Shown: positions 56,116 through 64,000 of the stretch, one piece after another
Layout: the number at the start of each line of letters is the position of its first letter
Numbering within the stretch: the first letter of the stretch is position 1
From: Actinomycetes bacterium
Lineage (GTDB): Bacteria; Actinomycetota; Acidimicrobiia; Acidimicrobiales; RAAP-2
NCBI GenBank assembly: GCA_021815645.1
Contig: JAKBAB010000001.1
Span: forward strand, 47,974 to 111,973
Direction of reading: 5' to 3'
Length of the DNA stretch: 64,000 nt
The notes under the pieces: generated by a model
The model's input: the letters and a program-made list of their open reading frames with translations, nothing else
Databases searched by the model: none
What the model was told of the DNA's origin: nothing
Position numbers and translations under genes: made by a program

Positions 56116-58008
56116 CTACACCCAAATCTGATCCCAGCGGCACGAGCCGCCGTCGGGACTGAGGCACCGGGTCGTCCCGTCCGCCGCGGTTCCCGAGACC
56201 CAGTTTTGAACGTTGCTCCGAGCGGCCCAGGCGTTCACTAGCACGTCTAACCACAGGTAGGGAATCACCCGAGCGAACTGAGTGTTAACTATCTCCCACG
56301 ACGACTTCTGCAGCGCCGAACCGGGTTTGGCCGCCAAAGCGCGCAGCATCGAATTCTCCACCGTCACGTCACCTTGGTGGGCGAAGTTAACGGCCCCGGC
56401 AATGTTGGTGCCCGCGGGCAGTGAAGTCAGTCCCAGTCCGCCGACCGCCGGCGAAGCCGTGGCGCTTTGGGATAGGAACCAGACGTAGTTGAGCGACGGA
56501 TCGACGCCGCCGAACTGGTTCCACTCGGAACAGTCGTACTGACCGTAGATGACGTTGTTGATCAACGTGCTCTGAACCAAGGGTCGTGACGTTACCGTAA
56601 TGCCCACCTGGGAGAGCTGTTGCTGGAAGAAGGAGAAGGCCTGCAACGACGACGAACTGCCCTGAATGATGTCGATGACAAAACTCACGTTCGAAATGTG
56701 GTGCTTCTGCTTATAGGCCTTTACCAATTCGCGAGCCTTTTTCGGGTTGTAAGCCGGGTAGCCGGGGTTTCGGTAGAACGGCGAGGACTTTCGGTACAGC
56801 CCGTCGGCGACTTCCCCGATACTGGAGTCAACGACCTTGAAGTACGTACTTCGATTAATCGCCATGGCGCAGGCCTGGCGAATCGTGACGTCATTTAACA
56901 CCGGCGTGAGAGACGTGTCCCACTGCAGGGTCGAAGGATTAACGGCCCCCAAAGTTCCCAGATAGTCCGCGTCTTGCACGGCCGTGGGAACGGGCTGGCC
57001 CTTGAGGATGTAGGGCAACGCCCCCGGCACGCCGACCGACGCGAACTCGCCGGCCCAGGCGAAGTACTGATTCATCGTTCCGGTCGTATTGACGATGAGG
57101 CAGTTAACTGAGGGGTCGCGCGGCGCCTTGAGGTCGGTTACGACTGACACGCCGCTCATCTTTTGCAGCTGAGCGATCTGGACGCCAGTCTGTTGGAGGA
57201 TGACGTCGACGGCGCCCCCCTGCAGGGCCTGATTGCGAGAACCGGAGTCAACAATCGTTTTGAAGTTGATGCCGTCCAAATAGGGCAGCCGACGACCGGC
57301 GCCGTCTTTTCGCCAGTAACCGTGGTTCTTCGTGAACTGGGACTCGACGCCCACTTGCCACTGCTTGACGATGAACGGCCCCGTACCAATGGGGTTGCCC
57401 GTATAGGTCGGGACGAAGGAGGACGGGTGCGCCATGTAGGCGATCTGCTGCTCGGCCAGTGAGATCGGAAAGGCCGAAAAGGGAATAACCATGTTGTATT
57501 GGACGGTGTAGTCATCAACCTGAGTTACCGATTTGATAATCGGTTTGATCGCTAAGCCCACGGTGGGGTCGGCGGCCGCGGCGTTGTAGTTCGCCACCAC
57601 GACCGTAGCGTTGAACGGGTCGCCGTTGGTGAAAGTCACCCCGCGCCGTAGCGCCACCGTCCATACGGTGTAATTAGCGTTCGGTCGCGCCGAAAGAGCG
57701 AGCATCGGAAGCGCCACTTTCCCACTCAGCGACATTACGAAGAGGGGGTCGTATAGGGCGTTCGCAACGCAAAAACCCGACGCGTCCATCTTGCCCTGAG
57801 AGCCGTTGAAAATGTGGTAGTTCGGCACGTCCGAGAGGAGACCAACGGTGAGCGTGCCGCCCAATTTTGGTTTTGCGGTGCTGACCCCGACCGCCGCGCC
57901 CGCCGAACTGGCCAGCAGGTCGTCCACGACGGTGCCCGCCATCGCAATTCCCCCCACCGCAGTCGCCGTATGCGTAAGAAACGCTCGTCGCGTAAACGTC
58001 GTCGACAT
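56116..58008 (-). CDS. Tat-exported family 5 ABC solute-binding protein (orphan)
   Basis: TRRAFL Tat motif, LRRGVTFTNGDPFNA, PIGTGPF, PYLDGINF. Confidence 0.88.
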   Translation of the reverse strand: MSTTFTRRAFLTHTATAVGGIAMAGTVVDDLLASSAGAAVGVSTAKPKLGGTLTVGLLSDVPNYHIFNGSQGKMDASGFCVANALYDPLFVMSLSGKVALPMLALSARPNANYTVWTVALRRGVTFTNGDPFNATVVVANYNAAAADPTVGLAIKPIIKSVTQVDDYTVQYNMVIPFSAFPISLAEQQIAYMAHPSSFVPTYTGNPIGTGPFIVKQWQVGVESQFTKNHGYWRKDGAGRRLPYLDGINFKTIVDSGSRNQALQGGAVDVILQQTGVQIAQLQKMSGVSVVTDLKAPRDPSVNCLIVNTTGTMNQYFAWAGEFASVGVPGALPYILKGQPVPTAVQDADYLGTLGAVNPSTLQWDTSLTPVLNDVTIRQACAMAINRSTYFKVVDSSIGEVADGLYRKSSPFYRNPGYPAYNPKKARELVKAYKQKHHISNVSFVIDIIQGSSSSLQAFSFFQQQLSQVGITVTSRPLVQSTLINNVIYGQYDCSEWNQFGGVDPSLNYVWFLSQSATASPAVGGLGLTSLPAGTNIAGAVNFAHQGDVTVENSMLRALAAKPGSALQKSSWEIVNTQFARVIPYLWLDVLVNAWAARSNVQNWVSGTAADGTTRCLSPDGGSCRWDQIWV

Positions 58009-58115
58009 CGTCGTGCCACCTTCCCCCGTGGACCGCCCGCGGCGCCCCGTTAGCGAAACATAGCAACTGGGCCGTGGCGCAGGGGGGCACCCAACGTGGA
58101 ATCTTTCATTTCCAG

Positions 58116-58153
58116 TCAGGACCCGAGCGGAGGGAGAGCCGCTCGGGTCCTGA
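58116..58153. repeat. Perfect 15-bp inverted repeat
   Basis: TCAGGACCCGAGCGG-agggagag-CCGCTCGGGTCCTGA. Confidence 0.8.
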
Positions 58154-58461
58154 GAACTCGCTTAGCGAACCGGCGTCGGCTCGCCAAACCACGATTCTCC
58201 GGCTTCGAAGAGTGCGCCCGGTAAAAACGCTGAAACTTGGGGCAGCCAGATCACTCAGGTGAGTTTGGCGGTCCAACGTGTGGCGGGCCTCGGGGGGGCG
58301 TAAGAACCGGCTAAATCCCAAAATTGTTAACGGCCCGAGAAAAGTGTGACTTAACCGCGACGCGACTGCGTTGGGTCGGGCATACTGGGCCGGTGCTTCT
58401 CGCCGGACGGAGGGGCGCGTCGGGCGACTTATTGGCGAAAATATTAGGGAGGACGACACCA

Positions 58462-60018
58462 GTGGCGTCGACATTGCAAACTCAAGACGGCTCGTCCGGC
58501 GACCCGGCCTTTCGAGTAGAGCAGCACGGCATTAATTTCATCCCCGAGTCCGAGCGGTGGGCTACCCCGCGCAACATCGGTGCGCTGTGGACCGGTTCGG
58601 CCATCAACGTCGAATACTTCATCTACGGCGCACTGCTCATGGGCTTCGGCTTCAGTTTCATGACCGCCCTGAGCATCATCGTGCTCGGGAACCTGTCGTT
58701 CTTCTTATTGGGCCTCGCTTCGCTCCAGGGTCCCGAGGCGGGAACGACGGCCTTTACGATCTCCCGGGCGGCCTTCGGCACTCGGGGATCTCGGGTCGTG
58801 AGTTTCTTTAACTGGATCACCCAACTCGGTTTCGAAACCGAAGGACTAATTTTGATCGTCGGCGCGGCCATCGTGCTCTTTCAGATGGCCGGAGTCCACG
58901 TGTCCTCGCCACTCAAGGTCGTCTTCATCGTGCTCGCGGCCGCGATCCAGGCGGTGATGCCCTACTTCGGCCACGCGACGATGGTCAAAGTGCTGAGGGC
59001 GCTCATCATTCCCTTCGGCGCCGTCTTCGTGCTCCTCGCGGTCTACGACCTAAAGCACGGCTCCAGCAGCTTTAAGGGGTTCGGTGGTGGATGGGAGCTA
59101 TACACCGCGGGCCTGGCCTTCACGATTGCCCTTTCGGGACTCGGCTGGACCGAGTGCGGCAACGACTACACCCGTTACCTACCGCGTGACGCGAAGAAGT
59201 CCTCGGTCGTGTGGTGGATATTCCTCGGTACCGCCATTCCCGAGATCTTCATGATGATCCTCGGCGCGGCCACTTTCACCTTCCTCTCTTCGAACGCCCA
59301 AGTGGCCGCGTGGAACGGGGCCAATCCCTTTCAGGCTCTCCAGGGCCAGCACTACCTACCGAGTTGGGTAGTGGTGCTCTTCCTCCTGTTCGCAATCATT
59401 CAGCTCTTCGGGATCAACTCACTCGACTTGTACTCCTCGGGCGTGTCCATCCAGGCCATGGGCATTCGCCTGAAGCGCTACCAAGCCGTCGTGCTCGACT
59501 CAATACTCGCGGGGGCACTCACCCTCTACGCGGAGTTCCAGTCGACGTTCTCCTTGTACATGAAAGAGTTCGTCGGCGTCATCATCGTGTGGATTGCCCC
59601 CTGGTTCGCCATAATGATCGTGGACTGGATGATGCGCCGTTTTCGCTACAACGCGGCCGAGCTGCAACGACAGGACTCCGGTGGCCTCTACCACGGTGGT
59701 AGAAGTGGCGTTAATTGGAACGCGATGGTGGCGTTCTTCGCCGGACTCATCTGCGCCACGCTCGGCTTTTCCAAGGCGCCGCCGCCGGTGAATTTCCCCT
59801 TCCACTGGATGACCCCGATCTCTAACCACTACGGCGCCGCGTGCGCCGGCAAGCTGCTCCACGGCGCCTGTTCGGCCGGCTGGTACGGCGGAGCGGACTT
59901 CTCGATCGAGACGGGAATCGTCGTCGCGGGACTGCTCTACTTCATCCTCGAAACGGTGTCCGGCCGCCTGGCCCGCCAGGTCGCCCGGCAGAGGGAACTC
60001 GAGCCGTCGGTTAACTGA
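58462..60018 (+). CDS. Purine-cytosine permease (NCS1 family)
   Basis: VEQHGINFIPESER, SRAAFG.RG, DYTRYLP, N.LDLYSSG. GGAGG RBS before GTG 58462. Confidence 0.92.
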   Translation: MASTLQTQDGSSGDPAFRVEQHGINFIPESERWATPRNIGALWTGSAINVEYFIYGALLMGFGFSFMTALSIIVLGNLSFFLLGLASLQGPEAGTTAFTISRAAFGTRGSRVVSFFNWITQLGFETEGLILIVGAAIVLFQMAGVHVSSPLKVVFIVLAAAIQAVMPYFGHATMVKVLRALIIPFGAVFVLLAVYDLKHGSSSFKGFGGGWELYTAGLAFTIALSGLGWTECGNDYTRYLPRDAKKSSVVWWIFLGTAIPEIFMMILGAATFTFLSSNAQVAAWNGANPFQALQGQHYLPSWVVVLFLLFAIIQLFGINSLDLYSSGVSIQAMGIRLKRYQAVVLDSILAGALTLYAEFQSTFSLYMKEFVGVIIVWIAPWFAIMIVDWMMRRFRYNAAELQRQDSGGLYHGGRSGVNWNAMVAFFAGLICATLGFSKAPPPVNFPFHWMTPISNHYGAACAGKLLHGACSAGWYGGADFSIETGIVVAGLLYFILETVSGRLARQVARQRELEPSVN

Positions 60019-60032
60019 GGCGCAGCGGTTCG

Positions 60033-60641
60033 TTATCCGATCCAGTCCTCGACGAGGCCACCGGTTCCGTCGGGGCGAAAGACGGGTATCGAGCCGAGCG
60101 CACGAACCAGGGCGGCGTCGGCGCCCAGGGCACTACGCCAGAGGGAGGCTTCGGTTACCAAGGTGCCCACGGTCACGACGTCGGCGCCCACCCCCCGCAA
60201 CAGCCGTAGCGCGGCCCCCGTCGAGGCCCCCGTGGAGATCACGTCGTCGACGATCGCCACGCGTCGTCCGGAGACCGCGCTCACGCGCGCCCGGTCAAAG
60301 AGCAGCCGCTGCGGGGCGTCGGTGGTGATGGAACGAACGGGCTCACTCACGGCGTCACTTAGGTGAATCTTGGGAGTCTTGTGTAACACGACGTACTGGT
60401 TGAGACCGAGCGAGCGGGTCACCTCAATGGCGAGGGGAATCCCCATGGTGGCGACGGTCGCCACGACTTCGACGTCGTAGGGTCGAAGGACTTCGGCCAG
60501 TTCACTACCGGCTTGGGCGACGAAAGCGACCCCCATGTCAACGGTGATCAGCAGCGCCAGGGCCAGGTTCTCACTGAGTGAAACGAGAGGGAGTTCGACG
60601 CGCTGAGAGCCGACGTCAACCGAATACGTACCTCTGGTCAC
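60033..60641 (-). CDS. Type I phosphoribosyltransferase (adenine/purine PRTase-like)
   Basis: VAIVDDVISTGAS PRPP-binding motif, VRSITT. Confidence 0.88.
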   Translation of the reverse strand: MTRGTYSVDVGSQRVELPLVSLSENLALALLITVDMGVAFVAQAGSELAEVLRPYDVEVVATVATMGIPLAIEVTRSLGLNQYVVLHKTPKIHLSDAVSEPVRSITTDAPQRLLFDRARVSAVSGRRVAIVDDVISTGASTGAALRLLRGVGADVVTVGTLVTEASLWRSALGADAALVRALGSIPVFRPDGTGGLVEDWIG

Positions 60642-60663
60642 GGTGCTGGAGCATACTGAGTTC

Positions 60664-61134
60664 GTGACCACAGCTCGAACACCCCTCGACCGCTCCCTCG
60701 CCACCACCATGCTCGCCGCCGCGCTCGCAGAAGCGCGCACCGGTCTCGCCGAGGGAGGAATCCCGATAGGCGCCGCCCTCTTTTCACGCCACGGCGTTCT
60801 CCTCGGGGCCGGTCACAACCGTCGGGTTCAAGAAAACGACGCATCCGTGCACGCCGAAACCGACGCCTTCCGAAGGGCCGGACGGCGCCGGGACTACCCC
60901 GAGTGCGTGATGGTGACGACTCTCTCACCTTGTTGGTACTGCTCGGGGCTTGTTCGCCAATTCGCCATCGGCGCGGTCGTCGTGGGCGAAACGGACAATT
61001 TCCACGGCGGTCACGAGTGGTTGGCCGGCCTGGGCGTCGAGGTCCTCGTGCTCGACGACCCCGAGTGCCGACGGCTCCTCGCCGCTTTCATCGACGAACA
61101 GCCCGACCTGTGGCACGAGGATATCGGGCTATAA
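60664..61134 (+). CDS. Zinc-dependent nucleobase deaminase (yeast-type cytosine deaminase-like)
   Basis: EGGIPIGA, GHNRRVQ, HAE, SPCWYC, WHEDIG. CATACT-N6-GTG. Confidence 0.9.
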   Translation: MTTARTPLDRSLATTMLAAALAEARTGLAEGGIPIGAALFSRHGVLLGAGHNRRVQENDASVHAETDAFRRAGRRRDYPECVMVTTLSPCWYCSGLVRQFAIGAVVVGETDNFHGGHEWLAGLGVEVLVLDDPECRRLLAAFIDEQPDLWHEDIGL

Positions 61135-61138
61135 AGCC

Positions 61139-61774
61139 CTAACGAACCGGTGGGCCAAAGAGCCGGTCCCCCGCATCACCGAGACCGGGCGTGATGTAGC
61201 CAACGTCGGTGAGTTCTTCGTCGAGCGCGGCGGCCACGATAGTGAGCTCGCGATGGCGGCCGAGGACGAAGTCCACACCGGGCCGCGCCGCGATGAGGCA
61301 CACGACCGTCACCGGTCCCCCACCGCGCTCGCGCACCATCGTCGCCACGCAGTCGAGCGATCCCCCAGTGGCGAGCATCGGGTCGCAGATTACGACCGGT
61401 GCTCCCGCGAGGTCGCCCGGTAGACCGTCGAGGTACACGTCGGGCCGTAACGTTTCCTCGTTGCGTCGCAACCCCACTGGGCAGAGGCGGTGGCGCGGAA
61501 GCAGTTCCTGCATGGCCGGCGACATTCCCAGGCCGGCCCTCAGAATCGGTACGATTACGAACTCTTGCTCGAGGCGCTCCCCCGAAGCGTTCGCGCTGAC
61601 CGGCGTGTCCACGCTTCTCGCGGTGAGGGGTAACTCGCGAAATGCCTCGTACCCGACGAAACGCGAGATCTCCCCCGCCAGACGGAGGAACTCCGCGTTA
61701 GCGGTACGCCGGTCCCTCAGTTGGGTGATCTTGTCCGCCACGACCGGGTGGCGAACGACGACGAGCGAGTCCAC
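61139..61774 (-). CDS. upp: Uracil phosphoribosyltransferase
   Basis: PILRAGLGM, RNEET, DPMLATGGS, YITPGLGDAGDRLFG. Confidence 0.96.
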   Translation of the reverse strand: MDSLVVVRHPVVADKITQLRDRRTANAEFLRLAGEISRFVGYEAFRELPLTARSVDTPVSANASGERLEQEFVIVPILRAGLGMSPAMQELLPRHRLCPVGLRRNEETLRPDVYLDGLPGDLAGAPVVICDPMLATGGSLDCVATMVRERGGGPVTVVCLIAARPGVDFVLGRHRELTIVAAALDEELTDVGYITPGLGDAGDRLFGPPVR

Positions 61775-61845
61775 GCGGTTACCCTAGGTCACCGGCGGGC
61801 CACCGGGACGGTGGGCGAATGAGCGACCCCTTGTAGAATCACTCG

Positions 61846-63687
61846 GTGCCGTCTCCCCTCACCGACTCGCCGCGCAGCGGCGACGGGGGTGAGTCGAATC
61901 CACTAGGTGGCGTGCGCTCGTCCTACCCCGGGCCCCGGGCCCAGATTTCTAGGGACCGGTCTTTATCCTGGTGGCGGCGGGTCCTTCCGGTAATTCGCAC
62001 CCACCAGACGACCTTCGTCGCCGCGATCGTCCTCTCCTTCGTGAGCCTCGTCTTTCAGGTTCTCGTTCCCAATATGTTAAGTGGGGACATCGACAACACC
62101 CTCGGGCGCCACGTCGGGTCACTACGCAACGCCGTCCTCGCGATTATCGTCGTGGGGCTCTTGGCCGGAGTGTCGGGGACCATTTCGCGTCAGTTCGTCT
62201 ACACCACCGCCTACAACTTCGAGACGGACCTTCGCGCCCTGATCTACGAACATCTCACGTGGCTCTCCTTCAGTTTTTACGACCGGGTCCAGTCGGGTCA
62301 ATTAATCAGCCGCGCCAACAGCGACATCCGCAGCGTGCAGATGTACGCGACCTTCGCGCCCCTCATTCTCGTTCAATGTTCTATAGGCATCATCGCCTTC
62401 GCCTTCATGCTCCACATCGACTGGCTCCTCGCGCTCGTGGCGATGACCGTCATGCCCATCCTCTACTTCGTTGGCGTCAAAATGCGCCAAGTGATGTTCC
62501 CCATTTCGTGGATTACCCAGGCCCGCCTCGCCGACGTCGCCACGATCGTCGACGAGAACGTGAACGGCGTAAGGGTGGTCAAGTCCTTCGCCCAAGAGGA
62601 GGCCGAGATAAATCGGCTCGCCGACGCGGCCGAGCGAGTCGCATGGGCCTACATCAAAGACGCGAATATTCGAGCAACCTGGTCACCGTGGGTGCAAAAC
62701 CTTCCCCAGCTGGGGCTCGGACTGGTCTTGTTCTTCGGCGGTTGGATGGTGATCGACGGCCGGCTCGGTATCGGCCAGATTCTGGCCTTCAACGCGTATC
62801 TCCTCATGCTGCAGGCCCCCTTTATGATGCTCGGACAACTGGTCATGATGGGACAGCGCGCGCGCGCCAGCGCCGAGCGGATCTTCGAAATCCTCGACGA
62901 GAACCCTGACGTCGTCGAGCGACCCGGCGCGTACGACCTCGCCGAGGTGAGCGGTGCGATCGACTTTAATCACGTGCGCTTCGTCTACGACAACGGAGCC
63001 GAAATTCTTCGCGACTTCGACGCCCACATCGCTTCCGGCGAAACGGTCGCCATCGTCGGGCGCACCGGCTCGGGCAAGTCTACGATCGCTCGCCTGCTGT
63101 CACGGTTTTACGACGTGAGCGGGGGCTCGGTGACCATCGACGGGCACGACCTCGTTGACGTGACGCTGCGTTCTCTGCGAGACAACGTCGGCGTCGTCCT
63201 CGACGAGCCGTTCCTCTTTTCGGTCTCAATCCGCGAGAACATCGCCTACGGGGTGCCCGACGCGACTCTCGACGCTGTCGAAACCGCCGCCCGCGCCGCC
63301 AACGCCCACGAGTTCATCAGCCAACTGCCCGAAGGCTACGACACCGTCATCGGCGAACGGGGTTACACCCTCTCGGGCGGCCAACGACAGCGCATCGCCA
63401 TCGCGCGCACGCTGCTCGTGAATCCACCGATTCTGGTGCTCGATGACGCGACGAGCGCCGTCGACGTCCACGTGGAGACCGGCATCTACGACGCGCTACG
63501 CGCACTTCTGAAAACTCGCACCACCATCGTCATCGCCCACCGACTCTCGACGATCGCCCTCGCCAGTCGCGTATTACTACTCGACGAAGGACGGGTCGTC
63601 GCGAGCGGCAGCCACGAGGAACTACTCGCGAACGTTCCCCTCTACTCCGAGATTCTGGCTCAGGCGACCACAACGGGGCGGCCGTAG
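61846..63687 (+). CDS. ABC exporter half-transporter (TMD+NBD)
   Basis: GRTGSGKS, LSGGQRQR, Walker B LVLDD, IAHR. Confidence 0.95.
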   Translation: MPSPLTDSPRSGDGGESNPLGGVRSSYPGPRAQISRDRSLSWWRRVLPVIRTHQTTFVAAIVLSFVSLVFQVLVPNMLSGDIDNTLGRHVGSLRNAVLAIIVVGLLAGVSGTISRQFVYTTAYNFETDLRALIYEHLTWLSFSFYDRVQSGQLISRANSDIRSVQMYATFAPLILVQCSIGIIAFAFMLHIDWLLALVAMTVMPILYFVGVKMRQVMFPISWITQARLADVATIVDENVNGVRVVKSFAQEEAEINRLADAAERVAWAYIKDANIRATWSPWVQNLPQLGLGLVLFFGGWMVIDGRLGIGQILAFNAYLLMLQAPFMMLGQLVMMGQRARASAERIFEILDENPDVVERPGAYDLAEVSGAIDFNHVRFVYDNGAEILRDFDAHIASGETVAIVGRTGSGKSTIARLLSRFYDVSGGSVTIDGHDLVDVTLRSLRDNVGVVLDEPFLFSVSIRENIAYGVPDATLDAVETAARAANAHEFISQLPEGYDTVIGERGYTLSGGQRQRIAIARTLLVNPPILVLDDATSAVDVHVETGIYDALRALLKTRTTIVIAHRLSTIALASRVLLLDEGRVVASGSHEELLANVPLYSEILAQATTTGRP

Positions 63688-64000
63688 TGGGTTGGGGCGG
63701 CGGTTGGGGCGGCGGTGGCGGTGGCGGTATGTTCGCCGGCAGCGCGAGCGCGCAGTCCGGCCGGGCCGGTCTCCCCTTCGGGGGAATCCCGAGCGAGTTA
63801 ATGGATGAGGCAACGAGGCTGCTCGCGAGCGAGGAGAAGCGCGCACCCTCTTCGCTCGCCTTTCGCCAGCGCCCGACCGAGCGCGAGCGACGGCGCCTAA
63901 CTTTGCCCAGTGTCCTCGCCGTCTATCCGAAGTGGGTGGTGGCGGGGTCACTGCTCGTAATCGCGATCAGCTTCACCTTGCAGAGTGGGCCACTGCTCAC
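63687..64000 (+). CDS. Probable second ABC half-transporter, 5' part
   Basis: GTG overlaps the upstream TAG. Open to the window end: MGWGGGWGGGGGGGMFAG...GLPFGGIPSEL...WVVAGSLLVIAISFTLQSGPLL (first TM). Confidence 0.7.
   Translation, partial: MGWGGGWGGGGGGGMFAGSASAQSGRAGLPFGGIPSELMDEATRLLASEEKRAPSSLAFRQRPTERERRRLTLPSVLAVYPKWVVAGSLLVIAISFTLQSGPLL

Overview
This is a high-GC, gene-dense core chromosome segment of an actinobacterium. Gene order and protein types suggest Acidimicrobiia (inference only). It carries the usual actinobacterial iscS-mnmA-ligA...gatCAB-ilvD-ilvBNC-serC/serA-leuA-leuCD-leuB-ilvE region, ileS, a Lrp-regulated polyamine/putrescine catabolic module linked to ald, a nucleobase-salvage cluster (NCS1 permease, PRTase, deaminase, upp), several transporters and the start of a heterodimeric ABC exporter. 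I saw no rRNA, intact tRNA, CRISPR array or transposase, and no large, clearly novel system. The strongest candidates for something new are: (1) a PknB-like PASTA receptor whose kinase catalytic motifs are largely degenerate (pseudokinase), followed 1 nt later by a small zinc/HIT-like gene; (2) two leaderless leader-peptide attenuators, for leuA and ilvB, absent from the ORF track; (3) two unannotated 40-50 aa single-pass membrane proteins; (4) an IleRS2 with a GLHH signature and no room for a T-box; (5) a two-repeat PQ-loop/SWEET-like transporter inside the leucine cluster; (6) pervasive leaderless promoters; (7) a structured intergenic region near 58.1 kb.
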